A DNA stretch of 64,000 nucleotides from Eledone cirrhosa (GCA_964016885.1 OZ024741.1:302312001-302376000); one strand, 5' to 3'. Numbered from the stretch's first letter, positions 13,421 through 29,165 are shown. The notes: generated by a model not told the origin, from the sequence alone. A program made the numbers and translations.

Positions 13421-13980
13421 TGTATTTTTCTCTTGCTGTGTAATTGTGCATGAGATATATTTTAATGGGCATGCATGTAACCTAAAATACTTCCAGCCAT
13501 TGCTAGTCATACAGGAAGAACGTGGTCATGCTGCACTTTATTAAATTTATGTGACAGATAGACACAGACAACAAAAGGAAGTCACTGTAATTGTGTGTTG
13601 TGTGGCTACATATGTGCAAGTGCTTCTTGCACATTTCTGCATAATATTTAACATGGCACATGGCTTAGTGGTTAGAGCATTGGGCTTGCAATCGAAAGGT
13701 TGCAAGTTCAATTCTCAGACCGGGTGATGTGTTGTTTCCTTCAGCAAGACACTTTATTTCACATTGCTCCAGTTTACTCAGCTGTAGAAATGAGATGATA
13801 GGGACTGTAAATGAGGTTGGTGTTAGGAAGGGCATCCAGCTGTAGAAATCAAGCCAGAATCAGTTCCCGTCCCACCCTTGCAAGCAGGGAAAAGCGGACG
13901 TAAAATGAGGATGAGGATATATACATTATATATCATTATATATACATATATATACATTATATATATATATATATATATAC

Positions 13981-14062
<82 letters not shown>

Positions 14063-14176
14063 TATATATATATATATATGCATGATATATATATATATAT
14101 ATATATATACATTATATATATATATATACATTATATATATATATATATATACATTATATATATATATATATATACA

Positions 14177-14254
<78 letters not shown>

Positions 14255-14255
14255 C

Positions 14256-14323
<68 letters not shown>

Positions 14324-14481
14324 TATATATATATATATATATATACATTATATATATATATATATATATATACATTATATATATATATATATATATATAC
14401 ATTATATATATATATATATATATACATTATATATATATATATATATATATACATTATATATATATATATATATATATACAT

Positions 14482-14543
<62 letters not shown>

Positions 14544-14653
14544 TATATATATATATATATATATATACATTATATATATATATATATATATATATACATT
14601 ATATATATATATATATATACATTATATATATATATATATACATTATATATATA

Positions 14654-15369
14654 TGTAATATACAGTAATATACGTGAACGGCAAAGCATAAACGAACTAA
14701 GGAAAAAATTAGAGATAAGAGGGATCAGATGTTGTTTACTCGAGAGAAGGCTACGTTGGTATGGACACGTGATGCGCATGAAAGTCGATAGCTGTATAAC
14801 AAAGTGCAGGGCAATAAAGATAGACGGTAGTCACGGAATAGGCAGACCTAGAAAAACCTGGGACGAGCTGATAAACTCCGACATCACACACTTACACCTC
14901 TCCAAGACAATGTCACTGGACCGAGACCTTTGGCGGTACTCAGTAACAGAGAAGACCCGCCTTACCTAAATATATAGTAAAACCTACTCCAGCCAGTAGG
15001 CATCTCTAACAAAATACACCCCGTCCCACCACCCCCCACCCCCACCCCGATCCACACCACCCCGTTCTATGTAAAGTTATGTTGGTGCCGCGCCATCGAG
15101 GCCGAAACAAATGAGATCGTGTAGGTGTCACGACAAAAAACACACAGTCCCACGCTGTAATGTGGCCGTGTAGGCAACACGGTAAAAACCTCCCAGACCC
15201 ACACTGTAAATGTGGTTGGTGTTAGGAAGGGCATCCAACTGTAGAAAACCTGCCAGACAGTCCTATGCGAGCAAGACAATCACTCTTGCCTCAAGTGGGA
15301 CTACCCCCGTCCAAACCCATGCAAGCGTGGAACACGGACGTTAAACGTTGATGATGATGATGATGATGA
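14654..15369 (+). mobile_element. RTE LINE 3' fragment + tail inserted in microsatellite
   Basis: SNIRERQSINELRKKLEIRGIRCCLLERRLRWYGHVMRM...GRPRKTWD, then a tail nearly identical to 3875-4065. Confidence 0.88.
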
Positions 15370-15468
15370 TATATATATATACATTATATATATATATATA
15401 CATTATATAATATATATAATATATATACATTATATATATATATATACATTATATATATATATATACAT

Positions 15469-15499
<31 letters not shown>

Positions 15500-15671
15500 T
15501 ATATATATATATACATTATATATATATATATACATTATATATATATATATACATTATATATATATACATTATATATATATATACATATATATATATATAC
15601 ATTATATATATATATATATTATATATATAATATATATATTATATATATATATTATATATATATTATATATA

Positions 15672-15745
<74 letters not shown>

Positions 15746-15854
15746 ATATTATATATATATATATATATTATATATATATATATATATTATATATATATAT
15801 ATATATTATATATATATATATATTATATATATATATATATATTATATATATATA

Positions 15855-15901
<47 letters not shown>

Positions 15902-16038
15902 ATATATATTATATATATATATATATATTATATATATATATATATATTATATATATATATATTATATATATATATATATATTATATATATATATATATAT
16001 TATATATATATATATATATTATATATATATATATATAT

Positions 16039-16070
<32 letters not shown>

Positions 16071-17083
16071 ATATATATTATATATATATATATATATTAT
16101 ATATATATATTATATATATATATATATATTATATATATATATATATACATTATATATATATATATATTATATATATATATATATTATATATATATATATA
16201 TACATTATATATATATATATACATTATATATATATATATACATTATATATATATATATACATTATATATATATATATACATTATATATATATATATATAC
16301 ATTATATATATATATATATACATTATATATATATATATATACATTATATATATATATATATACATTATATATATATATATACATTATATATATATATATA
16401 TACGTTATATATATATATATACATTATATATATATATATATATACATTATATATATATATATACATTATATATATATATAATACATTATATATATATATA
16501 TATATACGTTATATATATATATATACATTATATATATATATATATATACGTTATATATATATATATACATTATATATATATATATATACATTATATATAT
16601 ATATATACATTATATATATATATATACATTATATATATATATACATTATATATATATATATACATTATATATATATATATACATTATATATATATATATA
16701 CATTATATATATATATATATACATTATATATATATATATACATTATATATATATATATACATTATATATATATATATACATTATATATATATATATATAC
16801 ATTATATATATATATACACATTATATATATATATATATACATTATATATATATATATACATTATATATATATATATATACATTATATATATATATATATA
16901 CATTATATATATATATATATACATTATATATATATATATATACATTATATATATATATATATACATTATATATATATATATATACATTATATATATATAT
17001 ATATACATTATATATATATATATATATATACATTATATATATATATATATATATATACATTATATATATATATATATATATAC

Positions 17084-17118
<35 letters not shown>

Positions 17119-17472
17119 TATATATATATATATATATACATTATATATATATATATATAGTATTAAGGATACTATTTATGGTTATGCATATACAAAAGCC
17201 TTTTGTAGTTATATATATTTTTACAAACCCTAAATAGTGATAGGCAGTAGTATATTACTACCTTATTACCAGTAAGATAAATAGCTCAATGTAATAACAG
17301 CAGTTGTTTTACAGAGCAGTTATATATAAGTTATAAGAATCAAAGTTCTGTTCAAATCATTCATATGCTTACAATTGTTTCCTCCAAACCGAGGTTTGGA
17401 TTCTTTGGAGCAATTTATTAATGAATGATCACATATATGACCTACTTTTCAACCCAAGAGACATACAGATAC

Positions 17473-17672
17473 NNNNNNNNNNNNNNNNNNNNNNNNNNNN
17501 NNNNNNNNNNNNNNNNNNNNNNNNNNNNNNNNNNNNNNNNNNNNNNNNNNNNNNNNNNNNNNNNNNNNNNNNNNNNNNNNNNNNNNNNNNNNNNNNNNNN
17601 NNNNNNNNNNNNNNNNNNNNNNNNNNNNNNNNNNNNNNNNNNNNNNNNNNNNNNNNNNNNNNNNNNNNNNNN
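17473..17672. other. Assembly gap (200 N)
   Basis: Run of n. Confidence 1.
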
Positions 17673-18376
17673 GTGTATTTTTCTCTTGCTGTGTAATTGT
17701 GCATGAGATATATTTTAATGGGCATGCATGTAACCTAAAATACTTCCAGCCATTGCTAGTCATACAGAAGAACGTGGTCATGCTGCACTTTATTAAATTT
17801 ATGTGACAGATAGACACAGACAACAAAAGGAAGTCACTGTAATTGTGTGTTGTGTGGCTACATATGTGCAAGTGCTTCTTGCACATTTCTGCATAAATTT
17901 AACATGGCACATGGCTTAGTGGTAGAGCATTGGGCTTGCAATCGAAAGGTTGCAAGTTCAATTCTCAGACCGGTGATGTGTTGTTTCCTTCAGCAAGACA
18001 CTTTATTTCACATTGCTCCAGTTTACTCAGCTGTAGAAATGAGATGATAGGGACTGTAAATGAGGTTGGTGTTAGGAAGGCATCCAGCTGTAGAAATCAA
18101 GCCAGAATCAGTTCCCGTCCCACCCTTGCAAGCAGGAAAAGCGGACGTAAAATGAGGATGAGGATATATACATTATATATCATTATATATACATATATAT
18201 ACATTATATATATATATTATATACATTATATATATATATATATATATATACATTATATATATATATATATACATGATATATATATATATATACATTATAT
18301 ATATATATATACATTATATATATATATATATTATACATATATATATATATACATTATATATATATATATATATACA

Positions 18377-18452
<76 letters not shown>

Positions 18453-18469
18453 TATATATATATATATAC

Positions 18470-18534
<65 letters not shown>

Positions 18535-18537
18535 CAT

Positions 18538-18568
<31 letters not shown>

Positions 18569-18597
18569 TATATATATATATATATATATATATACAT

Positions 18598-18628
<31 letters not shown>

Positions 18629-18753
18629 TATATATATAATATATATATATATACATTATATATATATATATATATATATACATTATATATATATATATAT
18701 ATACATTATATATATATATATATATATACATTATATATATATATATATATATA

Positions 18754-18835
<82 letters not shown>

Positions 18836-19275
18836 TATATATATATATATACATTATATATATATATATACATTATATATATATATATACATTATATATA
18901 TATATATACATTATATATATATATATATACATTATATATATATATATACATTATATATATATATATACATTATATATATATATATACATTATATATATAT
19001 ATATACATTATATATATATATATACATTATATATATATATATATACATTATATATATATATATACATTATATATATATATACATTATATATATATATATA
19101 CATTATATATATATATATACCATTATATATATATATATATACATTATATATATATATATACATTATATATATATATATACATTATATATATATATATACA
19201 TTATATTATATACATTATATATATATATATACATTATATATATATATATATACATTATATATAATATAATATATA

Positions 19276-19329
<54 letters not shown>

Positions 19330-20549
19330 ATATTTATATATATATATTATATATATTATATATTATATATATATATATAATATATATATATATATATTAT
19401 ATATATATATATTATATATATATATATATTATATATATATATATATATTATATAATATATATTATATTATATATATATATATATTATATATATATATATT
19501 ATATATATATATATATATTATATATATATATATATTATATATATATATATTATATATATATATATTATATATATATATATATATTATATATATATATATT
19601 ATATATATTATATATATATATACATTATATATATATATTATATATATATATACATTATATATATATATACATTATATATATATATAATTATATATATATA
19701 TATATTATATATATATATATACATTATATATATATATATACATTATATATATATATATACATTATATATATATATATACATTATATATATATATATACAT
19801 TATATATATATATATACATTATATATATATATATACATTATATATATATATATACATTATATATATATATATACATTATATATATATATACATTATATAT
19901 ATATATATACATTATATATATATATATACATTATATATATATATATACATTATATATATATATACATTATATATATATATATACATTATATATATATATA
20001 TACATTATATATATATATATACATTATATATATATATATACATTATATATATTATATATATACATTATATATATATATATATACATTATATATATATATA
20101 TACATTATATATATATATATACATTATATATATATATACATTATATATATATATATACATTATATATATATATATACATTATATATATATATACATTATA
20201 TATATATATATACATTATATATATATATATACATTATATATATATATATACATTATATATATACATATATATATATATATACATTATATATATATATATA
20301 CATTATATATATATATATACATTATATATATATATATACATTATATATATATATACACATTATATATATATATATATACATTTATATATATAATATACAT
20401 TATATATATATATTATACATTATATATATATATATATACATTATTATATATATATATATATACATTATATATATATATATATATATACATTATATATACA
20501 TTATATATATATATATATATATACATTATATATATATATATATATACAT

Positions 20550-20580
<31 letters not shown>

Positions 20581-20598
20581 TATATATATATATATATA

Positions 20599-21240
20599 GT
20601 ATTAAGGATACTATTTATGGTTATGCATATACAAAAGCCTTTTGTAGTTATATATATTTTTACAAACCTAAATAGTGATAGGCAGTAGTATATTACTACC
20701 TTATTACCAGTAAGATAAATAGCTCAATGTAATAACAGCAGTTGTTTTACAGAGCAGTTATATATAAGTTATAAGAATCAAAGTTCTGTTCAAATCATTC
20801 ATATGCTTACAATTGTTTCCTCCAAACCGAGGTTTGGATTCTTTGGAGCAATTTATTAATGAATGATCACATATATGACCTACTTTCAACCCAAGAGACA
20901 TACAGATACATATACATATATTGTTGCTTGGTGGGTCGACATCCATTATAACATTTAGCGTGGCAGTATACATTTAAAGATTACATTCATATCCAAAGAG
21001 GATAAAATAAAAATTAATGTTAAAATACAACATGAAATTAATGCGATAGGATAGTCAGAAGCAGTATTGTGTGCAATAGTTACACGTGTGGCAAGCACGT
21101 GTGTCTTATTTATAATATTATAGTGCGGCAGGGTGTTACATGTAATACAAGCACTTTAAGCGGGTAATGTATATTTTATATGAATGTTTATAGAAGCTTG
21201 TGTGTAGAGAAATATTATAAATATTAATTTTTAATATTTA
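20599..21240 (-). mobile_element. Penelope-like pseudo-LTR fragment related to 6459-7750, with a degenerate hammerhead at 20804-20850 (duplicate 17159-17472, hammerhead 17366-17412)
   Basis: Minus strand reads tgct CCAAAGA atccaaac-ctcg-gtttggag GAAA caattg TA agca (G5 lost). It shares the ACATTGAGCTATTT..CTTACTGGTAATAAGG tail with 7653-7685. Confidence 0.65.
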
Positions 21241-21397
21241 TAATTATATATGTGGTGAGAACAGACCTCAGATCATTGAAGCTCACGGTGGAGATGACGA
21301 AGGACCGTGACGAGTGGAGAGATGCTGTGCTGAATAAGACTCGTCCCACCCTTGCAAGCAGGGAAGAGCGGACGTAAAATGATGATGATGATGATAC

Positions 21398-21440
<43 letters not shown>

Positions 21441-22108
21441 TATATATATATACATTATATATATATATATATATATATACATTATATATACATTATATAT
21501 ACATTATATATATATATATACATTATATATATATATATATACATTATATATATATATATATATACATTATATATATATATATACATTATATATATATATT
21601 ATACATTATATATATATATATATACATTATATATATATATATATACATTATATATAATTATATACATTATATATAATTATATACATTATATATATATATA
21701 TACATTATATATATATATATACATTATATATATATATAATTATATATATATATATATATAATTATATATATATATATACATTATATATATATATATATTA
21801 TATATATATATAATTATATATATATATATATATAATTATATATATATATATACATTATATATATATATATATATAATTATATATATATATATATATATAT
21901 ACATTATATATATATATATATATAATTATATATATATATATATACATTATATATATATGTATATATATATATATTATGTATATATATATTTTGTATATAT
22001 ATAATGTATATATATATAATGTATATATTAATGTATATATATATATATATATAATGTATATATATATATATATATATAATGTATATATATATATATAATG
22101 TATGTATG

Positions 22109-22144
<36 letters not shown>

Positions 22145-22213
22145 GTATATATATATAATAATGTATATATATATATATATAATGTATGTATATATATATA
22201 TATATATATATAT

Positions 22214-23890
22214 ACATTATGAAGAGAGAAGAAACATTTAGATATAATTAGTAATAAAATGTATCATACCTAAACTGTTCCTAAATCCTCGACTACGTAG
22301 TTTCGTGCATAAACAAAAACAATATATCAAAGATATAGAGTCCCTGCGAGGTCTGCCGACTTATCAAGAGGATACCTCATTTTACTAGTCTCAAGAACGC
22401 GTCTACACGACGTGAGAAGAATCCCAAAGGCGGAGGGGAGATAGTCACGCGATATAACGGTCGAGAAACAGAGCTAAGCCTCTTATAACCACGAAGAAAA
22501 TACCACGGAGGCGGAGGGGGTATTCATATCGAGGCCGTAGAAGAGGTAGTGAAGAAGGCGAGAAGTATGAGTAATGAAGCTTTCCAGTTGTCCCCACACT
22601 TCAAAGATTGCTCGACCAGAGGGAGTTATTAATATATTTAGAAACACACAGATACATGCGGGACACACACATATATACATGAATGCAACTGTGAGTTAAG
22701 GGTGCCAACTTCACCGATGTTGCTCAATGAATGACTGGGACAGACCAATTCAGTTTGAACTAGACTGAACCAGTATCAGAGTTAAAAATACATTATGAAG
22801 AGAGAAGAAACATTTAGATATAATTAGTAATAAAATGTATCATACCTAAACTGTTCCTAAATTCCTCGACTACGTAGTTTCGTGGCATAAACAAAAACAA
22901 TATATCAAAGATATAGAGTCCCTGCGAGGTCTGCCGACTTATCAAGAGGATACCTCATTTTACTAGTCTCAAGAACGCGTCTACACGACGTGAGAAAGAA
23001 TCCCAAAAGGCGGAGGGGGAGATAGTCACGCGATATAACGGTCGAGAAACAGAGCTAAGCCTCTTATAACCACAAAGAAAATACCACGGAGGCGGAGGGG
23101 GTATTCATATCGAGGCCGTAGAAGAGGTAGTGAAGAAGGCGAGAAGTATGAGTAATGGAAGCTTTCCAGTTGTCCCCACACTTCAAAGATTGCTCGACCA
23201 GAGGGAGTTATTAATATATTTAGAAACACACAGATACATGCGGACACACACATATATACATGAATGCATCCGCACCCAACTGTGAGTTAAGGGTGCCAAC
23301 TTCACCGATGTTGCTCAATGAATGACTGGGACAGACCAATTCAGTTTGAACTAGACTGAACCAGTATCAGAGTTAAAAATACATTATGAAGAGAGAAGAA
23401 ACATTTAGATATAATTAGTAATAAAATGTATCATACCTAAACTGTTCCTAATTCCTCGACTACGTAGTTTCGTGGCATAAACAAAAACAATATATCAAAG
23501 ATATAGAGTCCCTGCGAGGTCTGCCGACTTATCAAGAGGATACCTCATTTTACTAGTCTCAAGAACGCGTCTACACGACGTGAGAAAGAATCCAAAAGGC
23601 GGAGGGGGAGATAGTCACGCGATATAACGGTCGAGAAACAGAGCTAAGCCTCTTATAACCACGAAGAAAATACCACGGAGGCGGAGGGGGTATTCATATC
23701 GAGGCCGTAGAAGAGGTAGTGAAGAAGGCGAGAAGTATGAGTAATGGAAGCTTTCCAGTTGTCCCCACACTTCAAAGATTGCCTCGACCAGAGGGAGTTA
23801 TTAATATATTTAGAAACACACAGATACATGCGGACACACACATATATACATGAATGCATCCGCACCCAACTGTGAGTTAAGGGTGCCAAC
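22214..23890 (-). mobile_element. ~2.8-copy tandem array of a 576-591-bp non-coding unit, each copy with a hammerhead (retrozyme-like / tandem pseudo-LTR)
   Basis: Unit restarts at GAAGAGAGAAGAAAC at 22221, 22797 and 23388. Copies are near-identical and embedded in (TA)n. Confidence 0.85.
22863..22950 (-). ncRNA. Type I hammerhead ribozyme with U3-A8 core (further copies 22286-22372 and 23453-23540)
   Basis: Minus strand: tcctc TTGATAA gtcggca...tgccac GAAA ctacgtag TC gagga. Stem III ACTACGTAGT is palindromic, GUC triplet. Confidence 0.8.
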
Positions 23891-23933
23891 ATATATATAT
23901 ATATAATGTATGTATATATATATATATATAATG

Positions 23934-23977
<44 letters not shown>

Positions 23978-24007
23978 GTATGTATATATATATATATATA
24001 TATAATG

Positions 24008-24057
<50 letters not shown>

Positions 24058-24058
24058 G

Positions 24059-24112
<54 letters not shown>

Positions 24113-24113
24113 G

Positions 24114-24155
<42 letters not shown>

Positions 24156-24245
24156 GTATGTATATATATATATATATATATAATGTATGTGTATATATAT
24201 ATATATATAATGTATGTATATATATATATATATATATATATAATG

Positions 24246-24289
<44 letters not shown>

Positions 24290-24346
24290 GTATGTATATA
24301 TATATATATATATATAATGTATGTGTATATATATATATATATAATG

Positions 24347-24390
<44 letters not shown>

Positions 24391-24552
24391 GTATCTATAT
24401 ATATATATAATGTATCTATATATATATATAATGTATGTATATAATGTATGTATATATATATATAATGTATATATATATATTATATACAAAACCCATGCAA
24501 GCGTGGAACACGGACGTTAAATGATGATGATATGTATATATATATATATGTA

Positions 24553-24585
<33 letters not shown>

Positions 24586-24587
<2 letters not shown>

Positions 24588-24931
24588 AGCTATTTTTGCG
24601 AGCAATGAACCTTGATGTGGATTTAACCCCCAAAACTCTTTCCAAGCAATATAAGGAACACATTTGATTATTTATGCCCTTGAGAAGCCCAACTGGGCGA
24701 AACTTACGTAGGTGCTGTTTAAATAAACATGTTTTAACGGTCTTTTCTCCGATTTTTTACTTTCCCACGTGCTTACGCTCTGCTAATTCTCTCGCCCACT
24801 AAATATTAACACTTCGAATATTTAATACTGCCGGCACTAGTATCGAGCACCTTTGGCATACGCTACTTGGCAAATAACTATATGTATCACCTATCCTCCC
24901 CTTTTTTTCTCTTTCCCGATACGTAAATACT
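24586..24931 (+). mobile_element. Solo pseudo-LTR-like fragment with a degenerate U3-A8 hammerhead (24676-24716); related tail at ~35291-35352
   Basis: gccc TTGAGAA gccc-aact-gggc GAAA cttacgtagg TG: the cleavage triplet and stem I 3' strand are damaged. AATAAA and the bulged-hairpin motif follow. Confidence 0.6.
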
Positions 24932-24979
24932 GTATATATATATATATATATATAATGTATATATATATATATATATATA

Positions 24980-25063
<84 letters not shown>

Positions 25064-25347
25064 GTGTATATATATATATATATAATGTATATATATATAT
25101 ATATATATAATGTATATATATATATATAATGTATATATATATATATATAATGTGTATATATATATATATATATAATGTGTATATATATATATATATATAA
25201 TGTATATATATATATATATATATATAATGTATATATATATATATATATAATGTATATATATATATATATAATGTATATATATAATATATAATGTATATAT
25301 ATATATATATAATGTATATATATGTATATATAATGTATATATATATA

Positions 25348-25380
<33 letters not shown>

Positions 25381-25383
25381 ATG

Positions 25384-25415
<32 letters not shown>

Positions 25416-25465
25416 ATGTGTATATATATATATATATGTGTATATATATAATATATATATATATA

Positions 25466-25536
<71 letters not shown>

Positions 25537-25695
25537 GTATATATATGTATATATATATATATATAATGTATATATATATATATATATATATATAATGTAT
25601 ATATATATATATATAATGTATATATATATATAATGTATATATATATATATATATAATGTATATATATATATATATATATAATGTATATATATATG

Positions 25696-25793
<98 letters not shown>

Positions 25794-25963
25794 TATATGT
25801 ATGTATATATATATATATATGTATGTATATATATATATATATGTATGTATATATATATATATATGTATATATTGTATGTATATATATATATATATATATA
25901 TTGTATGTATATATATATTGTATGTATATATATATATATATATATGTATGTATATATATATTG

Positions 25964-25999
<36 letters not shown>

Positions 26000-26068
26000 A
26001 TATATATAATGTATATATATATATATATATATTGTATATATATAATGTATATATATATATATATATTG

Positions 26069-26102
<34 letters not shown>

Positions 26103-26262
26103 TATTGTATATATATATATATATATATATATTGTATATATATATAATGTATGTATATATATATATATATATATTGTATATATATATAATGTATGTATAT
26201 ATATATATATATATTGTATATATATATAATGTATGTATGTATGTATATATATATATATATTG

Positions 26263-26293
<31 letters not shown>

Positions 26294-26355
26294 TGTATGT
26301 ATATATATATTGTATGTATATATATATATATATATATGTATGTATATATATATTG

Positions 26356-26393
<38 letters not shown>

Positions 26394-26417
26394 ATATATA
26401 TATGTATATATATATTG

Positions 26418-26453
<36 letters not shown>

Positions 26454-27098
26454 ATATATATAATGTATATATATATATATATATATTGTATATATATATA
26501 TATATATATATTGTATATATATATAATGTATGTATATATATATATATATATTGTATATATATATATATATATATTGTATATATATATAATGTATGTATGT
26601 ATATATATATATATATATATTGTATATATATATAATGTATGTATATATATATATATTGTATATATATATAATGTATGTATATATATATATAATGTATGTA
26701 TATATATATATAATGTACGTATATATATATATATATATATATTGTATATATATATAATGTATGTATATATATATATATATATATATTGTATATATATATA
26801 TAATATATGTAATATAATATATATATAATATATGTATATATATATATATATAATGTATGTATATATATATATAATGTACGTATATATATATATAATATAT
26901 GTATATATATATATATATATATATTGTATATATATATATAATGTACGTATATATATATATAATATATGTATATATATATATATATATATATTGTATATAT
27001 ATATAATGTATGTATGTATATATATATATAATATATGTATATATAATGTACGTATATATATATATATAATATATGTATATATAATGTACGTATATATA

Positions 27099-27129
<31 letters not shown>

Positions 27130-27186
27130 ATGTATATATATATATATATATATATATCTATATACATATATATATATATATATATC

Positions 27187-27264
<78 letters not shown>

Positions 27265-27350
27265 TTGTATATATATATATAATGTATGTATATATATATA
27301 TATATAAATATATATATATATAATGTAAAATAAAGTGAAATAAAAAGTCA

Positions 27351-28167
27351 AATGTTTAAAATTTAGCTCCGTTTATTGCAGCTATATATATTTCAGTGAC
27401 AGCCATCTTTGGCTGTGACCTCTTCAGGCAGTCCGAATTAGTGTGGTATAGACAAGTACATATGTTGTTGAGGTGTATAATATTGTCAATACTCTGATAT
27501 GCCCAGTTCTTGGTTGGGTTGTTATTTCACTGAGGAACTGGAATCATATGAATTCAAACAAACGAATTTCAGTGTCAAAGGGCCTCTTCTCCTCTCATTG
27601 TTAGAACATTCCTCATTCTGAGTGTTGTTATTGTTGGTGTTAGCTTAAAAAATTGATAAAGTGTTAGAAGGGACAAGGTGTTAAAGGAACAAAATAACAA
27701 AAAAAGTGTCAAACCCCCATTAGTCATTTCCTTTAACACCTTGTCCCTTCTATCACTTTATCAATTTTTTAAGCTAACTCCAACAATAACAACACTTAGA
27801 ATGAGGAATGTTCTAACAACTGACCAATGAGAGGAGAAGAAGCCCTTTGACACTGAAATTCGTTTGTTTGAATTCATATGATTCCAGTTCCTCAGTGAAA
27901 TAACAACCCAACCAGAAACTGGGCATATCAGAGTATTGACAATATTATACACCTCAACAACATATGTACTTGTCTATACCACACTAATTCGGACTGCCTG
28001 AAGAGGTCATAGCCAAAGATGGCTGTCACTGAAATATATATAGCAGCAATAAACAAAGTTAAATTTTAAACATTACTCCGGAGTAACCAAACCGAGCTGC
28101 GCACTTCGTCGAGTGCTCCAGCCTGCATACTGAGGTGTTGGTATACAACCAACATATACTCAAAATC
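27351..28167 (+). mobile_element. Fold-back Penelope-like insertion (arms 27351-27689 / 27728-28074, plus tail)
   Basis: ~340-bp inverted arms with a ~40-bp spacer and a hammerhead in each arm. Confidence 0.72.
27994..28046 (+). ncRNA. Type I hammerhead ribozyme (mirror copy ~27379-27431, minus)
   Basis: ctgc CTGAAGA ggtcatagcca-aaga-tggctgtcact GAAA tatata TA gcag. Palindromic stem III. Confidence 0.8.
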
Positions 28168-28241
28168 TATATATATAATGTATATATATATATATATATA
28201 TAATGTATATATATAATGTATATATATATATATATATATAA

Positions 28242-28613
28242 GATATTAACAAATGGAAACTATATTTATAAAACCATATCTATTTTATTATACATATTTC
28301 AAGGATACCATGTTAAATTATGGTATGCTTTCATCAGACAAAATACAATATATACCAGTTTTATAAATAAATATTGACATACCCTTTCAAAATGCAACTG
28401 TTACTTTTGGAAGACATATTGTATTTTGTCTGATGAAAGCATACCATAATTTAACATGGTATCCTTGAAATATGTATAATAAAATAGATATGGTTTTATA
28501 AATATAGTTTCCATTTGTTAATATCGTATATTTACTCCAAATACTTGTCGAGTGCTTTATATCAGTTATAAAAATATTTGCTTGTTGTATCCCAACAATT
28601 TAAATAGAACTTT

Positions 28614-28615
<2 letters not shown>
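28242..28615 (+). mobile_element. Fold-back Penelope-like insertion (arms 28242-28351 / 28416-28525, plus tail)
   Basis: ~110-bp essentially perfect inverted arms containing a hammerhead. Confidence 0.72.
28422..28486 (+). ncRNA. Type I hammerhead ribozyme (mirror copy 28281-28345, minus)
   Basis: tattttgt CTGATGA aagcataccat-aatttaac-atggtatcctt GAAA tatgta TA ataaaata. 8-bp stem I. Confidence 0.82.
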
Positions 28616-28665
<50 letters not shown>

Positions 28666-28681
28666 GTATATATATATAATG

Positions 28682-28748
<67 letters not shown>

Positions 28749-28802
28749 TATATATAATGTATATATATATATATATATAATGTATATATATATATATATA
28801 TA

Positions 28803-28837
<35 letters not shown>

Positions 28838-28874
28838 GTATATATATAATGTATATATATATATATATATAATG

Positions 28875-29040
<166 letters not shown>

Positions 29041-29047
29041 ATATATA

Positions 29048-29078
<31 letters not shown>

Positions 29079-29133
29079 ATGTATATATATATATATATAT
29101 ATAATGTATATATATATATATATATATATAATG

Positions 29134-29165
<32 letters not shown>

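Noticed and set aside
17421-17886. ORFs containing X runs
   Set aside because: They read through the assembly gap.
22214-23890. Solo or tandem LTRs of an LTR retrotransposon (minus strand starts TGTTGGCACCC)
   Set aside because: The ends are permuted within the tandem unit, with no consistent TG...CA termini, TSD, PPT or internal domain. The hammerheads explain it better.
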